Positions 10,641 to 21,143 of a stretch of 64,000 nt of DNA are shown here, piece by piece. A program made the position numbers and the translations under genes. The notes under the pieces are model-generated. The model had not been told where the DNA came from. It made no database searches and saw only the letters and a list, made by a program, of their open reading frames with translations. Numbering within the stretch: the stretch's first letter is position 1; each line of letters begins with the position of its first letter. This DNA comes from a virus. The stretch covers positions 32,001-96,000 of IMG/VR virus record IMGVR_UViG_3300010413_000020. One strand, written 5' to 3'.

Positions 10641-11515
10641 TGGAATTCACCAATATTACACAACAGGGTTACGCATTGAATATTGGGGGTGGTGTAGTTA
10701 AATATCGCTTAGAGACAAGCGTGGATACTGCTGGCGAACTCCCGACAACTCATATTTTTGTATATAACTACACTGTCGAAGATACTCCCGCTTCAGATAC
10801 GTTTGAACGAGTGGCTAGTGTGGCGGATCTTACTGATTTAAAAACAGATAGAGATACGGCTATTGCTAATGGACAGACGGAATATCTCTCTAATTATGTT
10901 GAAGTCCAATACGATAGTTTGGATGTTGCACGACAAGCAAAAACAATGATTGCTTCACGTATCAATGAACTCATTCGTACCTGGATAACTTTTAGGGATG
11001 AGTTTGAAATTGATACTGATGAAATCCAATTCTTTCCGACTTCGACTACCACTGAAGAAGAAGCGCTTAAAGAGGCGTATAAAGAGGCGAAAGACGCACG
11101 CATCGCAAAAGAAGCTGAAGTTACGGCGAAAGAAGCAGAGATTGTCACTGCTGAATCAGAGGCTGAAGCTGCTACGAGTATTATTCAAATTTATGAGGAT
11201 GAAAAAGATTTTTGTGAAGATATACTCAACGGGCAGTTCAATGAGTATGTTAGCAAAATAAGTGTTGAAGGAACGACTGCGGGTTCATATCGTACAGGAA
11301 CACTTGTACCTTCGTTCAACTCTTTCTGTGCTGTCGCGAGTGCTAACTATACGACTTGGATCAACACAAAACAGGCACGAGACCAGAACGTAGCCACGCT
11401 TACAACCGAAAAAATAGCGTTATCCGCGGAGTTGGTTGCTGCACAGGAGGCCGAGGACGCAGCCCTGGCAGCCGTGCTAGCCGTCTGCCCGGACTTCGAC
11501 CCCGCCTCTGTGTGA
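10640..11515 (+). CDS. Hypothetical protein with C-terminal coiled coil
   Basis: IFVYN...FERVAS motif; A/E/K-rich heptads. Confidence 0.7.
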   Translation: MEFTNITQQGYALNIGGGVVKYRLETSVDTAGELPTTHIFVYNYTVEDTPASDTFERVASVADLTDLKTDRDTAIANGQTEYLSNYVEVQYDSLDVARQAKTMIASRINELIRTWITFRDEFEIDTDEIQFFPTSTTTEEEALKEAYKEAKDARIAKEAEVTAKEAEIVTAESEAEAATSIIQIYEDEKDFCEDILNGQFNEYVSKISVEGTTAGSYRTGTLVPSFNSFCAVASANYTTWINTKQARDQNVATLTTEKIALSAELVAAQEAEDAALAAVLAVCPDFDPASV

Positions 11516-11516
11516 T

Positions 11517-12839
11517 TTAATAAGAACGCCTACTTAATCGATGATGTGTGTGAGAAACCCAGTGGAAGTCTTCCCAGTGGTGGTAAACATCTTCCAATGT
11601 TTTTGCTTCTGCGTTAAACCAAGCCGTACCTCTTCCATTACCCAACGAGAAGTTTAGCCGGAGTTCTTCTCGTGCGTAGTAAGTGATTCCTAGAGCGTAG
11701 TATTGAGTACTCCGCCACTTTCCTCGGTGAGTGGGACTGGTCCGATGTCCCGCAAGTTCAATAAGTACCGCTTTCAATTCAGGATTGACAGGAACTCCCT
11801 TATGGGAAGCCTCAATATCTTTTCCGTACTTTTCGATAAAGGTTTTGGCTTCCGCGAAATCAGCAAAGGTTTCTACTCCATTCCAGGGTTTGGTGTGTCG
11901 TACAATTCCGAATTTGAGTTCTTTGCTTTCTACTGCAAAAGTAGTCCAATACTTACAGGAGTTATAACGTTTGTTGAGCTCATAGGCATTGAGTAATAAG
12001 TAGTTCAATTCTGCATCGGTGAATGGAATATGAACTTTATTTAATATCTCAACTACAGCATCCCCCGAACTTATAGGATACGGGCCGGAACACCAACGTC
12101 TTGAATGTTTGTCTCGTTGTCTTAAACAGGTATCTGCTACAAAACATTGAGAGCATACTTCTTTCTCAAACTTGTTAAAACGTTTTCGTTCTTGAATGCC
12201 TTTCTGTATTTGCTGAGACTTGTAATCGATTACTGAAAAGTCATGGTCTTCTGGTAGCCTGAAAGTTTTTCCGAAGTCTTCAGCGAGCGTGAGTCGGGGG
12301 CTAATATAGGTGAATCCTGCAATACGTGAAACACGATTCTTAAGATTCTTGAACGCTTCTCCTATCGTTGCTTCTCCTTCAGTAAGAACTAATTTTTTGA
12401 TAGCACAATCCCTGGGGTTATCTCCTGATTCGAAACAACCCTTACATCCAATAATGGATTTTTGGGGGAGGGTACAACTATAATAGATATCATAAAGATT
12501 GTGTTCCTTGATACCTTCTTTAGGAGAATAAGCTAACACAACTTGTCCTTTCCGCGCTGATTCCAAATCGTGGGCCACACTAGACGCAATTTCACTAGCT
12601 ATTTTCCAACAAAACCCGCCGCTATCTGCGCCAAGCCAGGTATCTCGATAGATTAGGGCTCCTCCTTTCAAAAGATTTTGAAGTTCCGGGTCGTTCATGA
12701 TGAGATGCTGGGTTGCTGGTTCTTCAATTACCGGATCGTTGGAGAGAGAAGTAAATAACATAACGAGAGGGCTGTCTTCATCGACATTGTAGGTATCGGA
12801 AGTTGCGATTGTGAATACCTTATCCGGCGTTTCAGGCAT
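11517..12839 (-). CDS. Cys-rich hypothetical protein translationally coupled downstream of the RT
   Basis: GGAGGAG SD before ATG 12839, overlapping the RT stop; C...CKGC...C and CSQC...C...C clusters. Confidence 0.75.
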   Translation of the reverse strand: MPETPDKVFTIATSDTYNVDEDSPLVMLFTSLSNDPVIEEPATQHLIMNDPELQNLLKGGALIYRDTWLGADSGGFCWKIASEIASSVAHDLESARKGQVVLAYSPKEGIKEHNLYDIYYSCTLPQKSIIGCKGCFESGDNPRDCAIKKLVLTEGEATIGEAFKNLKNRVSRIAGFTYISPRLTLAEDFGKTFRLPEDHDFSVIDYKSQQIQKGIQERKRFNKFEKEVCSQCFVADTCLRQRDKHSRRWCSGPYPISSGDAVVEILNKVHIPFTDAELNYLLLNAYELNKRYNSCKYWTTFAVESKELKFGIVRHTKPWNGVETFADFAEAKTFIEKYGKDIEASHKGVPVNPELKAVLIELAGHRTSPTHRGKWRSTQYYALGITYYAREELRLNFSLGNGRGTAWFNAEAKTLEDVYHHWEDFHWVSHTHHRLSRRSY

Positions 12840-14004
12840 GACTCCTCCCCTCATATTGTTCTTTAGCTGCGGTAAACTCCGCTAGTAGTTGTGTTCCTTT
12901 CTGGGGATTTATCTGTCCCATGTAATTTATTTTTCCTCGAAGCCATGTGAGGAGTGCTCCGCCATTTTTCTGTCCCGCTTTAGCTGCTTGTGAATCAAAC
13001 CCGTGGACTAGGCAATTGTGGGTGATCGCTCTTACTTTCCTATATTCCATTGCTGGGATATTCGGCCTTTGGTTGAAAACTGTTCCAAGAAGGAATCTAC
13101 CGTAATAGCCGTGGGCAATCTTAGTTTTACCGGGATTGATACGGTAGCCTGTATTATGTACGATAGATTTGATGTCCTCGATGAACTGAAGAGTTTCGTC
13201 TTTACTGAAAGTACGTCCACACGTGAATGATAGGTCATCACAATAACGGGTATACACCCACTTCTTTGTTCCCTCGAGCTTGTCCTTTTCGTTTCGCTTA
13301 TTCAGGTAAGAAATTATCTTCCCATCGAATAAATCGTTTGCTACGAGATTGCATATTGCACCAGAAGCAGGTGAACCCTGGGGAACTCCGCTCAAGAATT
13401 TAGGTACCCAAGCATCCGGAGATAACTTACTTTTGTGGCGATATTGCGGATTGGGAAAATCTGTAACCGTGAGTAGGTTCGCCAGCAGGCTTGCGACTTC
13501 ATGATTATATCCTATCTTCTTGAAGTAGTTACGTATCATGGCGCGACTGGTGGATGGAAAGAAATCCTTGAGGTCCATGTGCACATATAATCCCTTACGC
13601 GGACAGTCATGCGCTTTTGGGGTTTTGGTTCCGGCATCTTCGCAAATTTTACAAGGAGGAATGTGCTGAAGGACGGCGTGTCTACAGGAAAGACCCTTTC
13701 GATAGGCCGTTACGTGAGCCCCTAATTGGTCTTGTAAAGGAACCAAATATCGGATGTGAAGTTGATGGAGCAATAATTTCATCATGTCATTTGGAGAATG
13801 TAAAATGCGATGTCCTTTCTTCTTTTTAGGTATCTTGAAGATTTCGTACATATCCTTCTTGTTCTCCAACATGTACCACATTACCTTATTGCGAAATCCC
13901 AGACTGAAAGCCAACGAACAATCGTCAAACGCATAGGGCACTTCATCCGGAAGATCAGGAAGCTCAATTACAGCAATTTGTGTTTTATTAAATCCCACAC
14001 TCAT
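12832..14004 (-). CDS. Retron-like reverse transcriptase
   Basis: KKKKGHRILHSP, AYRKG..HAVLQH (region X-like), DLKDFFPS, PQGSPASGAICN, YTRYCDDLSF, INPGKT and LLGTVFN (region Y-like) motifs. Confidence 0.93.
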   Translation of the reverse strand: MSVGFNKTQIAVIELPDLPDEVPYAFDDCSLAFSLGFRNKVMWYMLENKKDMYEIFKIPKKKKGHRILHSPNDMMKLLLHQLHIRYLVPLQDQLGAHVTAYRKGLSCRHAVLQHIPPCKICEDAGTKTPKAHDCPRKGLYVHMDLKDFFPSTSRAMIRNYFKKIGYNHEVASLLANLLTVTDFPNPQYRHKSKLSPDAWVPKFLSGVPQGSPASGAICNLVANDLFDGKIISYLNKRNEKDKLEGTKKWVYTRYCDDLSFTCGRTFSKDETLQFIEDIKSIVHNTGYRINPGKTKIAHGYYGRFLLGTVFNQRPNIPAMEYRKVRAITHNCLVHGFDSQAAKAGQKNGGALLTWLRGKINYMGQINPQKGTQLLAEFTAAKEQYEGRSHA

Positions 14005-14654
14005 GCCTCACCTCCTGCTTCTTCTACTGAACGCTTAGAGTTGTTGTAAAACTCGTTGTCCAATGCCAGTTCAGATTCTGCCTTTGATTTGCAAGTGAAG
14101 GTACCTGGCGTACACTGATTTGAATGATATCCCGGTAGATTTTTGCAAACAGCGCAGAGTACTGGAATAGTCCTGGTCGGAGTATGAAACGCAATTTGCG
14201 GCATCATAACTTTTTCGTTATGCCCTCTTTGAATTGCCCGTGACATAAGATATCCGACTGAAGAGGCGTATGGGTTTTTGAATTTCTTAGCATCTCCATA
14301 CACCGTTCGTACATGAGTAGGCACAACCATTATCCAACCTCTGTGGTTTCGTATGAGTTTCTGGAAGTTGTCTTGGGATGTTCCGGGTGTTCCCTCTCTT
14401 CGCAAATCGTTGCGTTCCACAGATATTTCGCAGAGGTTATCTACGTGTAAGCTATTAAGTGCTTGAAGCAAATCTTTGTCTAACGGCATTGAGAGATAAT
14501 AACGAAATGTCTTTCGAAAAACAGGTGCAAGTTTTTCACGTGCTAGGTACACGCGGTCATATGGAAAGTAATCATAGATAGGGGTCTTTTGGGAATGACG
14601 TAGTTTATGTTGTGCGATTTTCACACAAATAATCTTCTCTCGTCGTTGTGTCAT
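14001..14654 (-). CDS. Basic hypothetical protein with C-terminal Cys cluster, coupled upstream of the RT
   Basis: ATGA overlap with the RT start; CAVC...C...C. Confidence 0.75.
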   Translation of the reverse strand: MTQRREKIICVKIAQHKLRHSQKTPIYDYFPYDRVYLAREKLAPVFRKTFRYYLSMPLDKDLLQALNSLHVDNLCEISVERNDLRREGTPGTSQDNFQKLIRNHRGWIMVVPTHVRTVYGDAKKFKNPYASSVGYLMSRAIQRGHNEKVMMPQIAFHTPTRTIPVLCAVCKNLPGYHSNQCTPGTFTCKSKAESELALDNEFYNNSKRSVEEAGGEA

Positions 14655-14670
14655 TTGCTTCTCTCCCTGT

Positions 14671-16341
14671 TTAATCTTTGATCTTTAAAACCCTTGGTTG
14701 CATGTATTCGTTTTCAGTTCCAGTAGATGTGAGTACCCAGATAAGCGGGCATGGAGGTAAATATTCAGGAATGGGTCCGTGTGGCGGGCCAACCGGAGCT
14801 TCCCCGTCCGTTAAGAGAATCGCTAAATCTGGGGGGTCCGTCATAGGATTTTCTTCTCGGTCAGCGTTGGGCATCCAGTCCCCTTCTTCGTCTCTTCCAC
14901 ACATGTATTTGAGGGGTGGCGTAAAGCTTGTGCCACCATAGCCGTAACGATTGATTAATTGATATCTGTCTCTGGCGAATTTTTCAGTATCATCGGGACC
15001 CAGAAGTTTCTCATACTGAATGGCATGGTCGAACATGATGAGACGTATTGTTACTTCGTCTTCCTGGTTCATAATGCCTCGAATTTCGGCCATGAAATCC
15101 AGAAATTCGGATTGACTGACACTGCCGGATGTATCGACCATACACGCGATGTTGAATGCAAAGTTCTTTTGGAATCCGGGATAGGGTTCCATACCTTCGT
15201 CTTCCAGATGGAAGAAACAGGGATTGGGATACGCGGTGCTTTCATCCAATTTGGAAGAAACTTCTGATCGCATCATGTTTTGTAGAACAATCTGCCAGGG
15301 AATTGTAGGCTCCTCGAGTAAATCTTGGATAGCTTCCATGAATTTTCCTGGAACTTTTCCACAACTTTTCTTGGTTTGTTCTACTGCGTTTTTGGTTATC
15401 CTTTTGGCTTCTCTCTTTGCACTATCAATTGCTCGTTCAATCTCGGCGCTGGTCATCTCATCAAAATCTAAATTCCAGGGGACGTTTTGAGGGTTCTGGC
15501 CGCGTACTAGATCTTTAAACCACTCTGGGTAATTATCGTCCAGGCCGTCTGCGGGGGATAATTCTTCTGAATTAGCTCCACCACCTCCTTTGTTGTTATC
15601 CCCTTCTTTGTCACCCTGACCAGATCGATTATTATCCTCTGTATTCTGGGTGGAAGATTTTGAAGAACCATCAGGGGAATCTCCTCTTCCACCTTTGGAA
15701 TTTCCCGATTGGCGGGAGGACCCACCTTGTTGATTGGATTGATTGGCATTACACCCTCCTATCATTGGTATGATTTGTAGATTTGGATTAAATCCGTCTT
15801 TTTGCATATTTTTCATTAATTCATTAAAATAGAACTCGAAGGATTGCCCTGTTGGATAGTTGTATTTCGCTTCTTCCGGCCAAATAAATCTATCTCGATA
15901 CTTCGCAAAATTGGTACGTGGAGTTTCCAGGATAGGACGAACAGCAATGTCGTTTGCTGCCATATCCGCTGCTACATTCATTATGGGTTGTAAACGGGCA
16001 TAACGAATATTATCGTTGAGTTTCAGACGGATGCGCAACATTTTTTCCAGGTGTTGAAGAGCCAAATGCGCGGCTTCATGAACCACTACGAGTAATTGAA
16101 ACGGTCCTTCTTGTTGTACAAACCAGACAGGATGCCAAACCAACATGTACCTGCCGTGATTATCGAGAGTTACTGCTGCCGTAGGTGGCCAAAGGTCTTT
16201 ACGGGGGGCGCGACCACAACCATTAATCATGCGGGCATAGAAGTTACTGCCTCCTCGGGGACTACAGAGCCACTGTAGAGCTCGAGACATTGCTCGGTCT
16301 ATCTCTTCTTCAGAAAACTCTTGTTGTTTTATCTCTTCCAT
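14671..16341 (-). CDS. Metallopeptidase-like (HExxH) plus vWA domain protein (DUF2201-like MoxR partner)
   Basis: VVHEAAHLALQH; MIDAS DTSGS...GGTSF...LTDG; low-complexity G/S/N linker. Confidence 0.88.
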   Translation of the reverse strand: MEEIKQQEFSEEEIDRAMSRALQWLCSPRGGSNFYARMINGCGRAPRKDLWPPTAAVTLDNHGRYMLVWHPVWFVQQEGPFQLLVVVHEAAHLALQHLEKMLRIRLKLNDNIRYARLQPIMNVAADMAANDIAVRPILETPRTNFAKYRDRFIWPEEAKYNYPTGQSFEFYFNELMKNMQKDGFNPNLQIIPMIGGCNANQSNQQGGSSRQSGNSKGGRGDSPDGSSKSSTQNTEDNNRSGQGDKEGDNNKGGGGANSEELSPADGLDDNYPEWFKDLVRGQNPQNVPWNLDFDEMTSAEIERAIDSAKREAKRITKNAVEQTKKSCGKVPGKFMEAIQDLLEEPTIPWQIVLQNMMRSEVSSKLDESTAYPNPCFFHLEDEGMEPYPGFQKNFAFNIACMVDTSGSVSQSEFLDFMAEIRGIMNQEDEVTIRLIMFDHAIQYEKLLGPDDTEKFARDRYQLINRYGYGGTSFTPPLKYMCGRDEEGDWMPNADREENPMTDPPDLAILLTDGEAPVGPPHGPIPEYLPPCPLIWVLTSTGTENEYMQPRVLKIKD

Positions 16342-16415
16342 TTATCTTCTCCTCTGTCTATAATTCAATAGGCGTGAGACGAACGCCATAGATACAGGAA
16401 CGTTGAGGTGTTTAT

Positions 16416-17429
16416 ATGACCCAGGTAATTGACCAGACAAATGACCCAGGTTTTTCTACTTTGAGGGTGATCGTGGACCGTTTTCCTCGATTGAGAGAAA
16501 TGGCTAAAACTGCTAACCTCGATCCCTCTGAATTTTCAAATTTACCCGACGAAGCATTTGCATGGCCGGGACAGCGGCGGTTTCCTATACATAATGCGGA
16601 GCATACCGCACTGTCTATGGGTTACAGTAAAGTTGCTCAGAAATTACCATCGGATGTGGCAGAAACGATGGAGAAAGCCGCGTCTCTGCATGGGGTGGAT
16701 ACTGAGGCATTCGAGGAACCGGTTGCAATCGAAAAAGTAGCATCCGACGATGGGCATTATCTCATCCCTGACAAGCGTAGATTTAAGATAGCATCTAAGG
16801 AAGATGTGCCTGTTGCGGAACGGATAATTCATGAAAAATACTCATCCCTCTCGGTCGGAGATAGAACTATTGCTTGTATGCAATTAGTTAAGGTCGCGGA
16901 GGAATACGGGGAGGAGTTACATCCTTCTACCATTAAACTCGCGGGTTTAACAATTACGAGTACTCGTACTATGCGAGATTGGATAGAGGCACGTAAAGAA
17001 GCTTCTCTAAGACTTGGATCTGCGATGGCTCAAGCATTTGAAACGTTAGCTAATCAATTTCAGGATGTAGAACCTTTTATTCATAATCGTGGCGACCAAA
17101 TGAAACTGGCTAGTGCTTTACAGCGCATGGACGAGGCTGCGGGGTTAACTCAATTTTATGGCCGTAAGTTGTTAGACCCTATAGAAACAGTCTTTAACAC
17201 TCCTCATCGTTCCGATAATTTTGTTAAAGTGGGTTCCGCACTTCAGAATAAGGCACTCTTAGCTTCTCTCCCTCTCTCGTTTTGGGAAGACGCGTTAGGA
17301 CCAGAAATTGCTGCCGAGATAGCCCCTAACGGTCAGGTGGATATAACTATGTTGGAGCAGATTCTTCCCACGCTGCCCGCCGATTTAAAATCGGCCTTGG
17401 AAACCCAACTCGCTGCGTATAATCGGTAG
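16416..17429 (+). CDS. Putative virion/head-associated protein with KxA motifs
   Basis: GAGG SD; AFAWPGQRRFPIH; KTA, EKAA and EKVA motifs. Confidence 0.65.
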   Translation: MTQVIDQTNDPGFSTLRVIVDRFPRLREMAKTANLDPSEFSNLPDEAFAWPGQRRFPIHNAEHTALSMGYSKVAQKLPSDVAETMEKAASLHGVDTEAFEEPVAIEKVASDDGHYLIPDKRRFKIASKEDVPVAERIIHEKYSSLSVGDRTIACMQLVKVAEEYGEELHPSTIKLAGLTITSTRTMRDWIEARKEASLRLGSAMAQAFETLANQFQDVEPFIHNRGDQMKLASALQRMDEAAGLTQFYGRKLLDPIETVFNTPHRSDNFVKVGSALQNKALLASLPLSFWEDALGPEIAAEIAPNGQVDITMLEQILPTLPADLKSALETQLAAYNR

Positions 17430-17432
17430 TTT

Positions 17433-18197
17433 ATGGAACAACTTCTGGAAAAATTTGCGGAGCATGTTTCCCATCTTACAAATTACACTGTAAAGACCGC
17501 CCAGAGAGCAGACATAGCACGAAAGTACTTACGCGAAGGGGATGAACGCTCGGCTGCGGCTTTGTTGATGGCCCTGCGTACTCTTCATGGAATTGAGTCA
17601 TTCTATTGGGAACCTGAGACTATTTGGTTGACCCTCGAACGGGATGATCATTTAGACATGGAAGAATTGGGACGTAATAAATTACAAGCGGCTATTACCC
17701 TTATTGTTAATCCTGCATTTTTTTGGGACAATCTCGTATTCCAACGAACGGTTCAGGCACTTAATGGAGAACCCTTTGACCCAGAAGCACTTCAGGAATG
17801 CCATCCAGGATATATGTCTTGGGCAGTTTACGAATCAGGATTGATTCGAGGATTAGACCCTGAGGAACCTGTATCTGCTGAACTGGATGAAGATGTTCAA
17901 CAATACGTAGCAGTCTGTTTGAAGCGTGCAGGTTATGTATATCCTCCTAATCAATTAATCGCTGTTGCTGACAATTTAGAAAAGATTCTTCCTAGAGAGA
18001 CCAAGCCATTTATCGACCAAGTAAAAAAATCATGGGAGCACCTGGACAAGGGAGCCCTCTCGGAACGTACATTCCAAGAGGACCCCCTCGATGTCCAGTT
18101 AGCGCAACTTGCTTCCTGTTACGAATATGTGCGAGAACGCGCCAATGAAATGGCGAGTGAGATTCTTTCGTTAGACCGAGAACTCCTCAACTCCTGA
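17433..18197 (+). CDS. Hypothetical protein
   Basis: 254-aa ORF coupled to the previous gene. Confidence 0.7.
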   Translation: MEQLLEKFAEHVSHLTNYTVKTAQRADIARKYLREGDERSAAALLMALRTLHGIESFYWEPETIWLTLERDDHLDMEELGRNKLQAAITLIVNPAFFWDNLVFQRTVQALNGEPFDPEALQECHPGYMSWAVYESGLIRGLDPEEPVSAELDEDVQQYVAVCLKRAGYVYPPNQLIAVADNLEKILPRETKPFIDQVKKSWEHLDKGALSERTFQEDPLDVQLAQLASCYEYVRERANEMASEILSLDRELLNS

Positions 18198-19407
18198 TTT
18201 TTTCTTCCATTCCGCGATAGTTGTTGTCTATTTCTAACTGAAGATTACACCAACTATCATAGTCTTGGAGTTCTCGCATCAGCGAATTGAGATATTCTTC
18301 CGATTTATTTTCCTCGGCAATAGACCGCATTTGAAAGAGCATTGCTCCGGCCATCTCCAGTGGGTGCAATTCTATGAACTTAAGAAAGTTCTTGGCGGTG
18401 TCTTCTACGTCTGGAGTTGTCGCAAACATCAAACGCAAAACGTTTTGGTCCAAATCAGCCAGGGGTTCATGCATGGCATTATCGACCATTTTCTGTATGG
18501 CGTTTTTGACTTTACTGAATCTACGTAAAACGTCATCCGCACCAATTGTTAAAGAAGAATCTTTAAGATGTGCGGATAATTCCGAGGCCATGGTTACCCC
18601 TATGGATGCGGCGAATCGTTGCATAGCAAATTCGCTATTTAACGGAATACCCTTTGCTTCCATGTTGTAGGAATCTTCGCTGATGGTTTCGATGTTAGCA
18701 GGACAGTTATATTGTTTCTGTTCTTTCAGAGCCTTCCAGTCGTATATGTTGTTTGGTTTAGCTCTAAAGTAATCCAGAATACCAGGATGACAGGCTTTAT
18801 CTTTTGCTGCGCCTTGTCCGAAGAGATGGAATCGTTCAGTAGCAGCGTGTTTCATGAATCCTTTTAAATCCGGCAATACATAAAAGAATTTAACGCGACG
18901 GCGTATCGCCGCTTCATTTTCAATCGAAGTTACATTATATTCCGCGGTTGAGGGATTCATCGTTCCTGCAACAAGACATTGTTTGGGCACCACATAGTTA
19001 AACATGCGCCCGTCTTCCATCATGGTAAAGAATTGATTAATGGCATGTTTGAGCCCGCGGTTGAGCTCATCAAAGAGAATGATTTTCTTTTCATCTCCTT
19101 TAGGAAAGATTTCAGGAACGGCAACTTTGAAAAAGTCTTCAAGGGTACGCACTGGTATGCCGGAACCCATTAGGCCCCAGTGAGCAGTATGAATAGGAAC
19201 GACGGTGTATCCTGTGTCATGCGCTATCTGTGACCAAATCTGTGTTTTGCCTATTCCCGAATCCCCTACCAGGACAATACAGCCCCGTCGTTGGTGAAAT
19301 TCTAAGGACAAGCGAATTTGAGCCGCAGCTTCCGCAAGTGTGACCTGGGGAATGTCGCGCAATTCAGCATACTTAGGAACAACTTTTTCTTCTTCTTTAC
19401 TTGCCAT
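18187..19407 (-). CDS. MoxR-like AAA+ ATPase
   Basis: Walker A GDSGIGKT, Walker B ILFDELNR, TMNP, AAIRRR. Confidence 0.88.
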   Translation of the reverse strand: MASKEEEKVVPKYAELRDIPQVTLAEAAAQIRLSLEFHQRRGCIVLVGDSGIGKTQIWSQIAHDTGYTVVPIHTAHWGLMGSGIPVRTLEDFFKVAVPEIFPKGDEKKIILFDELNRGLKHAINQFFTMMEDGRMFNYVVPKQCLVAGTMNPSTAEYNVTSIENEAAIRRRVKFFYVLPDLKGFMKHAATERFHLFGQGAAKDKACHPGILDYFRAKPNNIYDWKALKEQKQYNCPANIETISEDSYNMEAKGIPLNSEFAMQRFAASIGVTMASELSAHLKDSSLTIGADDVLRRFSKVKNAIQKMVDNAMHEPLADLDQNVLRLMFATTPDVEDTAKNFLKFIELHPLEMAGAMLFQMRSIAEENKSEEYLNSLMRELQDYDSWCNLQLEIDNNYRGMEEKIRS

Positions 19408-19433
19408 GCTTCTCTCCTTGCTTTAACTTTTAT

Positions 19434-21053
19434 ATGATGAAAGGCAATTTACAGCACTTTCGAATGAGTAGTGTCGCACAGGCATGGCTGCGCCTGGACG
19501 GACAACCCTTTCGATTAGATGATTGGCCGATGCACAAAGAGTTCTACGATGGGAGATTCCGCCGTAGTCTTTTTAAAACAAGTCGTCAGGTGGGTAAGAG
19601 CGTCACCATGTGCAACTTCAGTATCATTGAGTGCTCTCTTATACCGCACTTTTCTACAATGTTTGTGGCTCCCACTAAAGAGCATACCGTTAGATTTTCG
19701 AACACACGTTTAGGAAAGATTCTTCGCTACTCACCGGTTATTAACAAAACTTTTTTACGTACTGAGCTCGCTGATCGTGTGTTTCATAAACAATATACTA
19801 ACGGCTCTGAGATGCTGTTGACCTATGGGTCCGATAGTGAGGAGCGGGTTCGTGGACCTTCAACTGACAGAAACATGTACGATGAGGTCCAGGACATGCT
19901 TTATGACCCGGTTATTACTGTTGGTAATGAAACAATGTCCAATTCTCCTCATGCTTTTGAGACTTATGCGGGCACTCCTAAGACTATGGAGAATACCATT
20001 CAGTATCTCTGGGAGATTTCGACGCAGACAGAATGGGTGATGAAATGTGATGCCTGTGGGTCATACCAATTTATAGATAACGAAAAACACTTGGGGAAAT
20101 TAGGGCCGGTCTGTTTGAAATGCAAGTCTTACTTGAATCCTTTCCATGGCACCTGGATTGATATGAATCCTATAGATTACGGTGCAGGGGAAGACGAAGA
20201 CACAAAATTAAAAGGTTTCCACATATCTCAACCCATGATGCCTTTCAATGTTCCAAAGTCGATGGAAGGGCGTGGAGATATGGAAGAAGTCGCTCTCCGG
20301 CGATGGAAACGTATTATTAATAAGTTCGAGGGTACACCTATCTCTGTATTCCGCAACGAGGTTCTCGGCGTTTCCGACGCTATTGGTACCCGCGTTCTTT
20401 CTAAACAAGAGCTCCAGGCTCTTTGTACTCCCCGTGAAATGCAAGATTTCCCTAATGATAAAACACTTGAAGGAATCAGTCTTACCGTAGGTGGTGTGGA
20501 TTGGTCTGGTGGGGGTACTACAGGCGTTTCTCGTACTGTAATATGGATATGGGGTTTTAGACCTACAGACCGAAAACTAGTCTGTCTTCTCTATAAAGTG
20601 CTTGCGGGAATCAATCCAGTGAATGTCATAGACGAAATTGCAAAAATATTTGATGCATATCGTGTACAACTTGTTATTGGAGATGCGGGTGAAGGCCATA
20701 CGGCTAACAATCTTTTGCGAAGCAAAATTGGAATTCACCGAGTACAGCAAGTACAATATGGTGCCCAAAAAAAGGCTATTAACTGGAATGGAGAAGACCG
20801 TTGGATGGCCGACCGTACAACTCTTATCGACAACTATTTCATGGGTTTGAAACGGCAAGAATTTGAATTTGCTACTCGCTCTGAGATGGAAGTTGCCATC
20901 ACCGATATTCTTAACGAGTATGAGGAAATAACTACAGCAGGTCGTCGTGTTTGGCGTCATTCTCCTCAACGTCCAGATGATTGTCTTCATGCAGGACTTT
21001 TTGGTTGGCTTGCCTTTAAAATGGTTATGGGGGATATGAGAATGTATCAGTAA
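19434..21053 (+). CDS. terL: Terminase large subunit (GpA-like, with zinc finger)
   Basis: TSRQVGKS, VRGPS, MYDEVQD, GTPKT, CDAC..CLKC, nuclease GVDWSGG...DDCLHA; start likely ATG 19434. Confidence 0.88.
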   Translation: MMKGNLQHFRMSSVAQAWLRLDGQPFRLDDWPMHKEFYDGRFRRSLFKTSRQVGKSVTMCNFSIIECSLIPHFSTMFVAPTKEHTVRFSNTRLGKILRYSPVINKTFLRTELADRVFHKQYTNGSEMLLTYGSDSEERVRGPSTDRNMYDEVQDMLYDPVITVGNETMSNSPHAFETYAGTPKTMENTIQYLWEISTQTEWVMKCDACGSYQFIDNEKHLGKLGPVCLKCKSYLNPFHGTWIDMNPIDYGAGEDEDTKLKGFHISQPMMPFNVPKSMEGRGDMEEVALRRWKRIINKFEGTPISVFRNEVLGVSDAIGTRVLSKQELQALCTPREMQDFPNDKTLEGISLTVGGVDWSGGGTTGVSRTVIWIWGFRPTDRKLVCLLYKVLAGINPVNVIDEIAKIFDAYRVQLVIGDAGEGHTANNLLRSKIGIHRVQQVQYGAQKKAINWNGEDRWMADRTTLIDNYFMGLKRQEFEFATRSEMEVAITDILNEYEEITTAGRRVWRHSPQRPDDCLHAGLFGWLAFKMVMGDMRMYQ

Positions 21054-21116
21054 CTTTTGTCGCTGTCCGCTTATTTTCCAATGATTGCAGTGGAAAAGAA
21101 GTGTTGTCAGAGTCTT

Positions 21117-21143
21117 TTTGCGAATAATGCCTATTCGCAAAAT
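21117..21143. terminator. AT-rich inverted repeat after terminase (terminator or 5' boundary of the array RNA)
   Basis: TTTTGCGAATA-ATGCC-TATTCGCAAAA. Confidence 0.5.

Noticed and set aside
12832-14004. DGR or group II intron RT
   Set aside because: No TR/VR pair was noticed, there is no maturase/endonuclease domain or flanking intron RNA, and the motifs are retron-like.
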